Shown one piece after another: positions 1 through 9,480 of a stretch of DNA of 64,000 bases (position 1 is the first letter of the stretch; each line of letters starts with the position of its first letter). This DNA comes from Kiritimatiellia bacterium. GTDB lineage: Bacteria; Verrucomicrobiota; Kiritimatiellia; RFP12; UBA1067. The notes beneath the pieces are model-generated. The model made no database searches, had not been told where the DNA came from, and saw only the letters and a program-made list of their open reading frames with translations. Position numbers and translations under genes: made by a program. The stretch lies in NCBI GenBank assembly GCA_017514235.1, contig JAFWKK010000016.1, positions 2,221-66,220 on the forward strand. The letters are read 5' to 3'.

Positions 1-1179
1 AGGAACGGCAACTTCGAGAAGGCGTCCCTTGCGGTGGTCGACAGGGTCCATGCGCTCGACTGTGGCTTCTGCTCCGGCGGCGGATGCAACCAGGCGCCGG
101 AGGATTCGCCAGAAGAGCTGCGCGGCGTTCCGAATTCCGATCCGAAGCGCGGCAATCTCGGCTTCAACGTGTGCATCTCGAAGCCGAAAGGGATGGAGCT
201 TCTTTGCCGCCTCAGGAAAGAGCAGATAGAAAAGCTCGCCGGAAGTTCGACCGACTACTTCTGCTACTGGCCGTTCGACGAGGGCGGGTGCGAATGCGAC
301 GGGTGCAAGCCTTGGGGCGGCAACGGATTCCTGCGGCTCATTGAGCGGTTCCGCGCCATGAACAACGCCGCGTTTCCCACGGCCAAGACCATCATCAGCA
401 CATGGGTGTTCCACGATGACGACTGGGAAGGGCTGTACAAATGGCTTGAGACACATGATGGCGTTGATTACATTCTTGCAGACTCGCACACCGACTTCCC
501 GAAATATCCGCTAGAGCACCCGACGCCGAAGGGGATCCCAATCATGACGTTCCCGGAAATCAGCATGTGGGGGCGTTCGCCGTGGGGCGGTTATGGCGCG
601 ACGGCGCTGCCCAAGCGATTCACGCGGTTGTTTCGGCAGGTGGAGCGCATAGCCGACGGGTTCATGAGTTATTCTGAGGGACTTTACGAGGACATCAACA
701 AAGAAGTCGTCAATGGCCTCTACATCAATCCGAAGGCCGACACTGGCGACCTTTTGCGCTCTTATGCCGCCTATTACTTGCCAGGAACCAATCCGGAAGA
801 CTTCGTGAAGCTGTGCGACATTTTCGAAACCAACCACAAGTTCCCCGGCGACCATACGCGCCCATCCTTCAAAGGCGTTGAGCACGACAGTCCCGAACTG
901 GCGGAATACCGCAGCCGAGCAGCCGAGGCATGCCGCATTGTCGAGCGGATGGAGAAGGCGATTCTGCCGACGCTGCGTAGCTCATGGCGTTGGCGGCTTG
1001 TCTACCTGCGGGCGATGATAGACAGAGAGATTCTTGCGACCTGCAATGGAGCGCCGGAATCGGCTCGGAAATACTTCGAGGAGCTTGTCAAGATGTACCA
1101 TGCCGAACGACAGCTCGCCGGATGGCGCGCGACTGGCAAAAGAGGATGGACAACTCCGCAATTCAAAGCGGCAGAATAG
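1..1179 (+). CDS. Hypothetical glycoside-hydrolase-like protein, 3' part (5' end upstream of window)
   Basis: Frame 1 is open from nt 1, with no stop before the GTG at 34, and ends at TAG 1177-1179. It carries a Cys cluster, YWPFDEGGCECDGCKPW, that resembles NWEPSMFYKNGCWCERCRDEF in the 30937 ORF. I could not recognise a family with certainty. Confidence 0.55.
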   Translation, partial: RNGNFEKASLAVVDRVHALDCGFCSGGGCNQAPEDSPEELRGVPNSDPKRGNLGFNVCISKPKGMELLCRLRKEQIEKLAGSSTDYFCYWPFDEGGCECDGCKPWGGNGFLRLIERFRAMNNAAFPTAKTIISTWVFHDDDWEGLYKWLETHDGVDYILADSHTDFPKYPLEHPTPKGIPIMTFPEISMWGRSPWGGYGATALPKRFTRLFRQVERIADGFMSYSEGLYEDINKEVVNGLYINPKADTGDLLRSYAAYYLPGTNPEDFVKLCDIFETNHKFPGDHTRPSFKGVEHDSPELAEYRSRAAEACRIVERMEKAILPTLRSSWRWRLVYLRAMIDREILATCNGAPESARKYFEELVKMYHAERQLAGWRATGKRGWTTPQFKAAE

Positions 1180-1196
1180 AAAGGGGATTGGATAGT

Positions 1197-2153
1197 ATGA
1201 AGACATCACGAAGAGCCTTTCTGGGAGGACTTGTGGCGGCGGCTGGTACGCTGGAGGGGTGCGCTTCAACAGGTATGGGCACGATAGGGAAACTAGATCC
1301 GTATGCAATTGGTGTGATCAGCGACATCCATACAGGATTGCCGTGGGCAAAACAGCAATATCGCACGGGACGGGAGTATCCGTGGCAACCGGACATGTCG
1401 AAAAGACTTGTGCGGGAGATCCTTTCACTTCCGAACCCGCCTGCAAACGTCATCGGGTTGGGTGACATATCGCTGGCGTTTGGCGAGCCCGGGGATTACG
1501 AGATTGCTGCCGAGGTGCTGAAGCCGTTGACGGATGCCGGCATCAAGTTGACGCTTGCCATGGGCAACCACGACATCCGCGCCGAGTTCCTGAAGTTTTT
1601 TCCCGGTTATGACAAGACGACCAAGGTGCCAGGACGGTTCGTCTCGGTCGTGGAGACGCCCCATGCGGATTTCATACTGCTTGATTCGCTCAAGGAACCG
1701 ACGAAGCGCGGCAGCTACAAGGCAGTTGAGGGGTTTGAGTTGGGCGATGCGCAGAAGAAGTGGTTGGAAGCGACGCTTCCGGCGCTCACGAAGCCGACGT
1801 TCGTCTGTTCGCACCACATGGCGGACACGCTGAAGATCGGGCGGCTATGCGCGAAGAGTCCGAAGGTCGTCGGCTATCTGCACGGACACCATCACCATTG
1901 GATGACTAACTACCTCTTCAACGGCTATGCCGATACGGCACGAGAGGTGCGCATGATGGGCTTTCCGTCGCTGGGATTGGACCACGATATTGGCTGGGGA
2001 CTAATCCGTACCACTTCGGAACGCGCCGTGCTGCACTGCCATGCCCGCGACCACTATTTCCCGATCAGGCGCCCTACAGCCGAGCGTCCTGCATCGTGGG
2101 ATGCGTTCGTGAGAGACTGGGACGGGCGGCGGATTACGTTCGAGTTCGCTTGA
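1197..2153 (+). CDS. Tat-signal lipoprotein, calcineurin-like metallophosphoesterase
   Basis: Internal ATG at 1197 follows AAAGGGGA. The N-terminus MKTSRRAFLGGLVAAAGTLEGC is a twin-arginine signal plus lipobox-like Cys. Metallophosphoesterase motifs are present: VISDIHTG, GLGDIS, MGNHD, SHH, LHGHHHHW. Confidence 0.85.
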   Translation: MKTSRRAFLGGLVAAAGTLEGCASTGMGTIGKLDPYAIGVISDIHTGLPWAKQQYRTGREYPWQPDMSKRLVREILSLPNPPANVIGLGDISLAFGEPGDYEIAAEVLKPLTDAGIKLTLAMGNHDIRAEFLKFFPGYDKTTKVPGRFVSVVETPHADFILLDSLKEPTKRGSYKAVEGFELGDAQKKWLEATLPALTKPTFVCSHHMADTLKIGRLCAKSPKVVGYLHGHHHHWMTNYLFNGYADTAREVRMMGFPSLGLDHDIGWGLIRTTSERAVLHCHARDHYFPIRRPTAERPASWDAFVRDWDGRRITFEFA

Positions 2154-2181
2154 AATGAGTTTAGCAAAGGAGAAAACACAA

Positions 2182-3102
2182 ATGAAAAAAGCCATGTTGA
2201 TGATTGTTGCCGCTGCTGCGTCAGTGACGGCCTTTGGCGAGCGTCCCGTTACGCCGGAGGCGCTTGAGACGCTGAAGCATTCGCTGATACACCGTGGCGA
2301 CGGCAAGGGACGTCCCGACAACACGATGGAGGCGCTGCTCTACACGTGGGCGAAGGGCTACACGCCCGAAAGCGACATCCGCTACACGAAAGACGGCAAG
2401 ATCGTGGCGTTCCACGACAACTTCCTCAAGAAGAAGAGGATCAGCGAATGGCTTTGGACGGATTTGCGCGAGGAGGACGTTGGCAGCTATCGTGGCGCAC
2501 AGTATGCCACCTGCCGCGCACCGCTCTGGAAGACGATATTCACCGCCATGGAGGAGAATCCTGTCCGCAAGATTCACATCGACTGGAAGGATGTACCGCC
2601 GGAGAAGGTGGCTGAGTTGGTCAGGGCGCACGGACTGGAGAGGCAGTGCTGGTTCATTACGAGGGAATACGACCTCATCAAGCGCTACAAGGCGGTGCTG
2701 CCCAAGGGCCAGACCCTTCACTGGATGAACCTCGGGAACTGGGGCCGCATCGACTTCAGCAAACCGGATGAACTTGCGAAGTGCGAGGCGTACATGATGG
2801 CGCTCTTCGAAAAGGCGGCGGCTGAGAACTTCAAGGACATCGACAACGTGCAGCTGCACTGCCAGTTGCGGTACGATGCGGACGGGAAACCGACGTTCTG
2901 CCCGAAACCGGAGACGATGAAGAAGTGCGTCGAGCGGCTGCACGAAGCAGGCGTCGAGGCGTCGGTGTGCGTCTGGCAGGAGGAGGCGAACCGTCCTGAG
3001 ACGTATCTGGCGTTGTGGGAGATGGGCTTCGACTCGTTCGGCACGGATTATCCGGAAGCACTGTACAAGGCGGTGGAGATTCTGCGCACGCGCGTCAAAT
3101 GA
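2182..3102 (+). CDS. Secreted glycerophosphodiester phosphodiesterase (GDPD family)
   Basis: ATG at 2182 follows AAAGGAG. Signal peptide is MKKAMLMIVAAAASVTAFG. GDPD signature is HRGDGKGRPDNTMEAL...ESDIRYTKDGKIVAFHDN. Confidence 0.82.
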   Translation: MKKAMLMIVAAAASVTAFGERPVTPEALETLKHSLIHRGDGKGRPDNTMEALLYTWAKGYTPESDIRYTKDGKIVAFHDNFLKKKRISEWLWTDLREEDVGSYRGAQYATCRAPLWKTIFTAMEENPVRKIHIDWKDVPPEKVAELVRAHGLERQCWFITREYDLIKRYKAVLPKGQTLHWMNLGNWGRIDFSKPDELAKCEAYMMALFEKAAAENFKDIDNVQLHCQLRYDADGKPTFCPKPETMKKCVERLHEAGVEASVCVWQEEANRPETYLALWEMGFDSFGTDYPEALYKAVEILRTRVK

Positions 3103-3149
3103 ACTCATAAACAAGAGAAGAAAACAAGAACAGGGAAAAGACGAATAAA

Positions 3150-4220
3150 ATGGCAACGATAGCAATAATCGGTTCGGGCATGATGGGCAGCGCACTGGCG
3201 TTCCCCGCCCGTGAAAACGGAAATACAGTGCGGCTCGTGGGCACGCCCCTCGACCGCGAGATCATCGACGAATGCCGCAAGACGAATCGGCATCCGAAGT
3301 TCGCGAAGCATTTCCCGAACGGCATCCCGCCGTTCCCGGAAGGTTGCGAGTTCTACCAGATAGAGGAAATGACAGACGCCGTCAAGGGTGCGGACTTCGT
3401 GATTGGCGGCGTGTCTAGCTTCGGCGTTGACTGGTTCGGCGAGGAGGTGTTGCCCAAGCTGCCGCCTGCGATGCCGGTTCTTTCCGTTACGAAGGGCCTG
3501 ATGGACACTCCTGACGGGAAGTTGCTTACGTATCCGGCGGTGTGGGAGTCGCGTCTTGCCGAGAAGGGGATTTCGCGCACGATCTGCGCGATCGGCGGCC
3601 CTTGCACGAGCTACGAACTGGTGGCGCACGACCAGACTGAAGTCGCTTTCTGCGGCAAGGACATTGAGACGCTGCGGATGCTGAAGACGGCGATGGCCAC
3701 GGACTACTACCACATCTCGCTTTCCACCGACGTTACCGGCATTGAGAGCGCGGTCGCGCTCAAGAACGGCTACGCACTTGGCATAGCGCTCACGATCGGT
3801 CTCAACCAGAGGGCGTTCGGCATCGATTCCGAACTGCACTTCAACTCGCAGGCGGCGGTGTTCGGCCAGGCGGTCAAGGAGATGAAGAAGCTCCTCGACC
3901 TTCAGGGCGCGGGCACGCTCGAGAACCTGTGCGTGGGCGCGGGCGACCTGTACGTCACGGTATACGGCGGCAGGACGAGGCTTGTCGGCATCCTGCTCGG
4001 ACGCGGCATGAGCATCGACGAGGCGAAGGCCGAGCTGAAGGGCGTTACGCTCGAGTCGCTTGTTGTCGCCGTGCGCGTGGCGCGCGCGGTCAAGGTTCTA
4101 TGCTCGGCAGGCAAACTCGACGCCGCAGACTTCCCGCTGCTCATGCATACGGACGAGATTCTCACGGAAAAGAAGCCTGTTAGCATTCCGTGGGAGAAGT
4201 TCACGTTCGAGCGCGCCTGA
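3150..4220 (+). CDS. gpsA: NAD(P)H-dependent glycerol-3-phosphate dehydrogenase-like protein
   Basis: N-terminal Rossmann motif IAIIGSGMMGSALA. GpsA-like internal motifs are IGGPCTSYEL and ALKNGYALGIAL. Length is 356 aa. Confidence 0.75.
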   Translation: MATIAIIGSGMMGSALAFPARENGNTVRLVGTPLDREIIDECRKTNRHPKFAKHFPNGIPPFPEGCEFYQIEEMTDAVKGADFVIGGVSSFGVDWFGEEVLPKLPPAMPVLSVTKGLMDTPDGKLLTYPAVWESRLAEKGISRTICAIGGPCTSYELVAHDQTEVAFCGKDIETLRMLKTAMATDYYHISLSTDVTGIESAVALKNGYALGIALTIGLNQRAFGIDSELHFNSQAAVFGQAVKEMKKLLDLQGAGTLENLCVGAGDLYVTVYGGRTRLVGILLGRGMSIDEAKAELKGVTLESLVVAVRVARAVKVLCSAGKLDAADFPLLMHTDEILTEKKPVSIPWEKFTFERA

Positions 4221-4222
4221 TA

Positions 4223-4231
4223 TGGTATAAT
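4223..4231 (+). promoter_or_regulatory. Extended -10 box TGGTATAAT (cysE operon)
   Basis: Exact TGnTATAAT, 10 nt before ATG 4242, with no Shine-Dalgarno. Confidence 0.6.
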
Positions 4232-4241
4232 ATGCCGTGAC

Positions 4242-4988
4242 ATGACATTGCCCCAGAGAGTCGAGCGGATCGTTCGGCGCGGGCTTGCCGTACTGCATCC
4301 GTGCGTATACGGCGAGCTTGGCGCCGCTTCTGCCGTTGCCGACCTGGCGGCCGACCTGGAGCGCGAAATCGCGCTGCTCATGACGGAAGAGGACGCCAGG
4401 CGGATTTCCGCCGCTTTCGTTGCCGCGTTGCCGGAGGTGAAGCGGCTGGTGGAGTCCGACGTCATTGCGGCATACGAGGGCGATCCGGCGGCGACTAGCC
4501 GCATGGAGGTGGTGATGGCTTATCCAGGCCTCTACGCGGTGACTGTTCACCGGCTGGCGCACGAGCTCTACCGAATGAAAGTTCCGATCATTCCGCGAGT
4601 GATGTCCGAGCTGGCGCATTCGAAGACCGGCATCGACATACATCCCGGCGCGACGATAGGCGAGAGGTTTTTCATCGACCACGGCACTGGCGTCGTCATC
4701 GGCGAGACGACGGTGATAGGCAGGAACGTGAAGCTCTACCAGGGCGTCACGCTGGGCGCTCTCTCGTTCGACAAGGATCCGGTCACTGGCGCACTCGTCA
4801 AGGGCGTCAAGCGACATCCAAACGTAGAGGACAACGTGGTGATCTATGCCGGTGCGACCATTCTCGGCGGCGGCACCGTCATCGGGCACGATTCAGAAAT
4901 TGGCGGCAACGTTTGGCTTAAGGATTCCGTTCCGCCCAACTCTCGCGTCTACAACCGGCCGCCCGCGCCGTCGATAAGGACGAAATGA
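4242..4988 (+). CDS. cysE: Serine O-acetyltransferase
   Basis: GIDIHPGATIGERFFIDHGTGVVIGETTVIGRNVKLYQGVTLGA is the canonical SAT hexapeptide core. The gene sits just downstream of a TGGTATAAT box. Confidence 0.9.
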   Translation: MTLPQRVERIVRRGLAVLHPCVYGELGAASAVADLAADLEREIALLMTEEDARRISAAFVAALPEVKRLVESDVIAAYEGDPAATSRMEVVMAYPGLYAVTVHRLAHELYRMKVPIIPRVMSELAHSKTGIDIHPGATIGERFFIDHGTGVVIGETTVIGRNVKLYQGVTLGALSFDKDPVTGALVKGVKRHPNVEDNVVIYAGATILGGGTVIGHDSEIGGNVWLKDSVPPNSRVYNRPPAPSIRTK

Positions 4989-5956
4989 TCGGTCTTCTAC
5001 TCGCCCTTGCCCTTGACGTGGGGATGTTGCAGGAGGCCGTCGAGGTCTTTGCTCCTGCCCTTGATGTCTTTCTTGCTGCCGGCGAGCGGAGCCGCGCCTA
5101 CGATGAGTTTCAGCGAGAGATGGGCCGAGAGGATTCGCAGATGTCTCTTTCAGATGCGGTTGAAGTGCTGGAGATCCTTGGAAACAGGTTCTACTTCGAC
5201 GCGGACGGCGAGCTGTGGTACGACGACCGTTTCGTGCGTCCCGACGAGATGGGGGCGATCGAGGCCGTGAACCGGTTTTACCGCAAGCACTTTTCGGATG
5301 CGTCGGCGAAGGCCCGTGCAACGGCTCCGGAGAAGAAGTCGCCTGCCGCGGCTGTCGTCAAGCCCGTTGCAGTGAAGACGCCGAAACTACCGGTCTTCCG
5401 CGGATACGAAGACGCCCGCTACCAGCAGTACGACGATCTCATACTGCGCATGGTGGCCGACTTCAACGCTCGGCGCGGCGAATGGGCCGCGTCCACGCCG
5501 GAGCAGGCGAAGCTGATCCACGACCTGTCGCCGGAGCTGGTGAAGTCGCACATGATAGAGGAGACTGGGGGATGCGACAGCAAGAGCCTGGCGGCCTGGA
5601 AGGTCGATCCTCAGCAGGTCAATGTGCCCGGCGACTGGAATCCGTACAAGGAGCAGCTTGGCCTCAGAAAGCCGGAGCGCCGCAACGAAGGCACCAGCGA
5701 GCAGAACGTCCGGGCGGCGGTCATGTATCTTGCCAGAAAGGGCTTCGGCGTGTCCGGCCAGCCTGCGGCCAACCGCCCCGAGGGTCGCTTTGACGACTGG
5801 TATACGGCCTTGGAACGCTACAACGGACGCAGTGACAAGGTGCAGGACGGGCGGCTTTATCGCAACGTCTACGCCGAACGCATCGTCCGCCGCGCGTACG
5901 AGCCGAAGTCATTCGTGCCGATTTCAATCGTCAGCCGCGGGAGGTCTGCGAAATGA
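4985..5956 (+). CDS. Hypothetical exported protein with lysozyme/SLT-like C-terminal region
   Basis: ATGA overlap with the cysE stop. Hydrophobic N-terminus. SHMIEETGG...VRAAVMYLARKG...WYTALERYNG resembles a lytic transglycosylase Glu-containing core. It is a paralog of the next gene. Confidence 0.6.
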   Translation: MIGLLLALALDVGMLQEAVEVFAPALDVFLAAGERSRAYDEFQREMGREDSQMSLSDAVEVLEILGNRFYFDADGELWYDDRFVRPDEMGAIEAVNRFYRKHFSDASAKARATAPEKKSPAAAVVKPVAVKTPKLPVFRGYEDARYQQYDDLILRMVADFNARRGEWAASTPEQAKLIHDLSPELVKSHMIEETGGCDSKSLAAWKVDPQQVNVPGDWNPYKEQLGLRKPERRNEGTSEQNVRAAVMYLARKGFGVSGQPAANRPEGRFDDWYTALERYNGRSDKVQDGRLYRNVYAERIVRRAYEPKSFVPISIVSRGRSAK

Positions 5957-6711
5957 TTTTCTGCGCAGTGCTTCTTGCCGCGCTGAAGGTGCTGACTGCG
6001 TTAGGCGCTTCGGGTGAATTCTCGGAGCAGGTTGCCGTCGGCGAGGAGGCCGTGCTTGAGAAGGCCGGCCGGCTCGTTTCCGCGCAGAACGGTCGGCGCG
6101 CGAAATGGGAGCGCTATCTCGGCCTGATGGGCTTGCGCGAGTCGCGGCCGTCCCTGGCATCGGTACGCTACCGCCTGTCGGTGGGGCGTCGCGTGTATTC
6201 GTTCACTGTCTACGGCAGGCTTTTCATAGACATCCGGTTCGTCCGTGACGACGAGATGGCGGACGTACTGGCGGTGGAGAGGCTGTTCCGCGAGATGCAC
6301 GCGCGCAGCCCCTGGCGTGGCGAAGCGTTGCGCGACCCGTGGAAGGAGCCGTTGGCGCTTTGCGGCTACGAGGACGGTCGCTTTGCGAGTCTTGACGCTC
6401 CGATAGAGCGTCTCGTAGGCGACTTCAACCGAACTCGTCCCGAGCGCGTGCACGAGCTTTCGCCACGGCTGTTCAAGGCGTTCGTGATAGAGGAGTCGTA
6501 CTGGCGCGGAGGGGAAGTTTCAGAAGGCGAACTGAAGTCCGCGATGTCGCGCCTGGCTGCAGCCGGAAGCCGAAAGGATGGCGCGTTCTGCGGCTGGTAC
6601 GTTGCGCTTCAGAATGCGCGAGACGCCGACTTCGCCGAGCGGGTTGCGGCGAGGAGCAGCCATCCTGAGTTGTTCGTGCCCGTCAGGGCTTGGAAGGAGA
6701 AACAGCAATGA
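5953..6711 (+). CDS. Hypothetical exported protein, shorter paralog of 4985..5956
   Basis: ATGA overlap with the upstream gene. Signal-like N-terminus MIFCAVLLAALKVLTALGA. Blocks shared with the upstream gene: FVRDDEM, GYEDGRF...RLVGDFN, ELSPRLFKAFVIEES, WYVAL, FVPV. Confidence 0.55.
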   Translation: MIFCAVLLAALKVLTALGASGEFSEQVAVGEEAVLEKAGRLVSAQNGRRAKWERYLGLMGLRESRPSLASVRYRLSVGRRVYSFTVYGRLFIDIRFVRDDEMADVLAVERLFREMHARSPWRGEALRDPWKEPLALCGYEDGRFASLDAPIERLVGDFNRTRPERVHELSPRLFKAFVIEESYWRGGEVSEGELKSAMSRLAAAGSRKDGAFCGWYVALQNARDADFAERVAARSSHPELFVPVRAWKEKQQ

Positions 6712-7826
6712 GTCTGTCAGTCGGCATAGTAGGCTTGCCTAACGTCGGGAAGTCCACGCTCTTCAATGCGCTCACGAAACGGCAGCAGGCGGCCGCCGAG
6801 AACTATCCGTTCTGCACAATCGAGCCGAACACCGCCGTGGTCGAGGTTTCCGACGCACGGTTGGACGAGCTTGCCAAGATCGCCAAGCCCGAGCAGGTCA
6901 TCCGTGCGACCGTGGCGTTCACCGACATCGCCGGGCTTGTGAAGGGCGCGTCAAAGGGAGAAGGTCTCGGCAACAAGTTCCTCGCCAACATACGCGAATG
7001 CGACGCCGTGCTGCATGTCGTAAGGTGCTTCGAGAACGACGACATCATCCATGTGCAGGAGGGCGGCGGCAAGTCAGCCCCGATAGATCCCGTGGGCGAT
7101 GCGGAGGTGATTGAGACTGAACTGATTCTTGCTGACATGGAGCAGCTTCAGAAGCGGTTCGACAAGATCCGCAAGGAGGCGCAGGCCAAGCCGCAGCTGC
7201 GTCCCGAGGCTGAGGCTTGCGAGGCATTGCTCAAGCACCTTGGCGAAGGCTCCCCGGTGCGAAGCTTCCCGCGTTCTGAGGGTGATCCGATCCTAAACGT
7301 GCTGAAGGAGCTTAATTTCCTCACCGACAAGAAGGTGATATACTGCGCCAACGTGGCCGACGACGACGTGACTGGCGATTCGAATCCGCATGTCGCGGCG
7401 CTGCGGGAATATGCGGCCCGGCAGAGTTGCGAGACGGTCGTCGTCTGCGCGCAGATGGAGGCCGACCTTGCCGGGCTCTCCGACGACGAAGCCAAGGAAT
7501 TCCTGCAGAGCTACGGACTGGAGGAGTCGTCGCTGGATCGGACCATCAAGCTGGCGTACGAGACGCTGGGTCTGGCGAGCTTCCTGACTGCCGGGCCAAA
7601 GGAGGTTCGGGCCTGGACCTTCCACCGCGGCTGGAAGGCGCCGAAGTGCGCGGGCGTAATTCACACTGACTTCGAGAAGGGGTTCATACGGGCGCAGGTC
7701 GTCGCTTTCGACGATTACGTGAAGTATGGCGGCGAGGCTGGCGCGCGCGAACACGGTGCGCTTCGTCCCGAAGGCAGGGACTACGAGATGCGTGACGGCG
7801 ACGTCGTGGAGTTCCTGTTCAACTGA
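6708..7826 (+). CDS. ychF: Ribosome-binding ATPase YchF
   Basis: MSLSVGIVGLPNVGKSTLFNALT P-loop, a full-length YchF/OLA1 pattern and a C-terminal TGS-like end DGDVVEFLFN. ATGA overlap with the upstream gene; GGAAGGAGA lies upstream. Confidence 0.95.
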   Translation: MSLSVGIVGLPNVGKSTLFNALTKRQQAAAENYPFCTIEPNTAVVEVSDARLDELAKIAKPEQVIRATVAFTDIAGLVKGASKGEGLGNKFLANIRECDAVLHVVRCFENDDIIHVQEGGGKSAPIDPVGDAEVIETELILADMEQLQKRFDKIRKEAQAKPQLRPEAEACEALLKHLGEGSPVRSFPRSEGDPILNVLKELNFLTDKKVIYCANVADDDVTGDSNPHVAALREYAARQSCETVVVCAQMEADLAGLSDDEAKEFLQSYGLEESSLDRTIKLAYETLGLASFLTAGPKEVRAWTFHRGWKAPKCAGVIHTDFEKGFIRAQVVAFDDYVKYGGEAGAREHGALRPEGRDYEMRDGDVVEFLFN

Positions 7827-7848
7827 CGGTCCGGACACGGGGCGCTGC

Positions 7849-8433
7849 ATGAAGGTTGTGGTAGGATTGGGGAATCCGGGCCCGCAGTATGCGGACACTC
7901 CGCACTCCGTCGGTTTTGAGGCGGTTGACCGCATCGCATCCGCGGCTGGCGCGACGTGGGAGGCGAAGCGTGCCTTCCGGTGCTTCATGGCGAAGTGTGT
8001 CATCGAAGGGCAGCAGGTCTTGCTCGTTAAGCCGCAGACGTTCATGAACCTCTCCGGCGAGTCCGTCGCTCCTGTCGTTAGGTATAACAACGCCACTCCG
8101 GCCGATCTCGTCGTGGTGCAGGATGACATTGACCTTCCTGTCGGACGACTCCGTGTCCGCACGGGCGGAAGCTGCGGCGGACACAACGGCATAAGGAACA
8201 TAATCGAGAGACTCGGGACAGGAGCCTTCGTGCGCGTGAAGATCGGCGTCGGCAAGGACCGCGGCAACGTCGTAGGGCATGTGCTCGGCAAGTTCGACCC
8301 CGAGACGCGCAAGGTGATCGACGTCGTGATCGAGAAGGCCGCAGACGCCGTCGGGACCGTGCTCCGCGACGGCCCGGAAAGGGCTATGAACGCATTCAAC
8401 GCATTCAATGCCGTTCCGGCTCCTGAAGGCTGA
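7849..8433 (+). CDS. pth: Peptidyl-tRNA hydrolase
   Basis: MKVVVGLGNPGPQYADTPHSVGF... and GGHNGIRNI motifs. The internal ATG at 7849 gives the typical length of about 194 aa. Confidence 0.93.
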   Translation: MKVVVGLGNPGPQYADTPHSVGFEAVDRIASAAGATWEAKRAFRCFMAKCVIEGQQVLLVKPQTFMNLSGESVAPVVRYNNATPADLVVVQDDIDLPVGRLRVRTGGSCGGHNGIRNIIERLGTGAFVRVKIGVGKDRGNVVGHVLGKFDPETRKVIDVVIEKAADAVGTVLRDGPERAMNAFNAFNAVPAPEG

Positions 8434-8457
8434 GTCGTCCACATCCCTCGCGATTTT

Positions 8458-8466
8458 TGGTATAAT
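8458..8466 (+). promoter_or_regulatory. Extended -10 box TGGTATAAT (ftsB-like gene; leaderless)
   Basis: 7 nt between the -10 box and ATG 8474. Confidence 0.6.
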
Positions 8467-8473
8467 CTTCAAC

Positions 8474-8764
8474 ATGAACGAAAGCCTGAAAGACAAAGTC
8501 GTCGGGTATCTGACGTATTTCGTGCTTGCGTTGATCGCGGTCGGCGGCGTCATGATGATGTATCCTGACTACCGCCGCAGCGAATCGCTGAAGCGGCAGA
8601 ACGCTGAGCTTCAGGAGCGGATCGACCGTCGCAAGCGCGAGATAGAGCAGCTCGTCGACAACCAGCGCCGATTCAAGACGGACGCCGATTTCGTCGAGAA
8701 GATAGCTCGCACGAACCACCGGGTCTTTCCCGGCGAACTGGTGTTCATCTTCGAAAAGGACTGA
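8474..8764 (+). CDS. Septum formation initiator (FtsB/DivIC-like)
   Basis: 96 aa with one TM segment, then a coiled coil (LKRQNAELQERIDRRKREIEQL) and the end ARTNHRVFPGELVFIF. The ATG lies 7 nt after TGGTATAAT. Confidence 0.7.
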   Translation: MNESLKDKVVGYLTYFVLALIAVGGVMMMYPDYRRSESLKRQNAELQERIDRRKREIEQLVDNQRRFKTDADFVEKIARTNHRVFPGELVFIFEKD

Positions 8765-8775
8765 CGGCGGGTAGG

Positions 8776-9480
8776 ATGGCGAACTTCCTGAGGCTCCTGA
8801 CCGGAATCGCGCTGTTGCCGGCGTGCTGGGGTTTCATGCGCGCCCTGTTTGACGCCATTGTCGCGTCCGCCGGCGCGGAGGGCATGAGTCCTGAGGCGCT
8901 GTCCCTCCTTGGCGGCATAGCCGCGTTCGCTCTCGCATGGATGGCTCTCAGCCACCCTGTCAAGGCCTATGTGCTTGGCCACGAGTTGACGCATGCGCTC
9001 TGGGGGCTCCTGTTCGGCGCGCGTCCGAGCGACCTTCGTGTCGGCGAGGGCGGCGGCAGCGTGCGCCTGACGAAGTCCAACATCCTGATCACGCTCGCAC
9101 CGTACTTCTTTCCGTTCTACACGTTTGTCGTAATCGTCTGCGCCCTGGTTACGTTCGCATTCCTGCGTCCCCTGCCTTGCCTTCCGCTTTGGATGTTCCT
9201 TATCGGCTTCACTTGGGCGTTCCACGTGCTCTTCACGCTTGAGACGCTCGGCCAGCGCCAGCCGGACGTCAAGCTGTACGGCCGAATCTTCTCCTGGACC
9301 TTCATCTTCCTTGTGAACGTCATGATAGTCCTCGTTTGGCTGGCTTCGGCGACACCTGTTACGTTCGCCTCCGTCGGCGGCTTCATCGTCGGTCGCGTCT
9401 GCTCCGCCTACTCGGCCGTCTGGGCCTTTGCCTGGTCCGGCGGCAGATGGATTGTCTCGCTATGTACCCGGACCTCATAG
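8776..9480 (+). CDS. Polytopic membrane protein with HExxH motif (M50B-like metalloprotease)
   Basis: Several hydrophobic segments. LGHELTHALWGLLFGARPSDLRVGEGGGSV resembles Peptidase_M50B. This is recalled from memory, not searched. Confidence 0.6.
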   Translation: MANFLRLLTGIALLPACWGFMRALFDAIVASAGAEGMSPEALSLLGGIAAFALAWMALSHPVKAYVLGHELTHALWGLLFGARPSDLRVGEGGGSVRLTKSNILITLAPYFFPFYTFVVIVCALVTFAFLRPLPCLPLWMFLIGFTWAFHVLFTLETLGQRQPDVKLYGRIFSWTFIFLVNVMIVLVWLASATPVTFASVGGFIVGRVCSAYSAVWAFAWSGGRWIVSLCTRTS

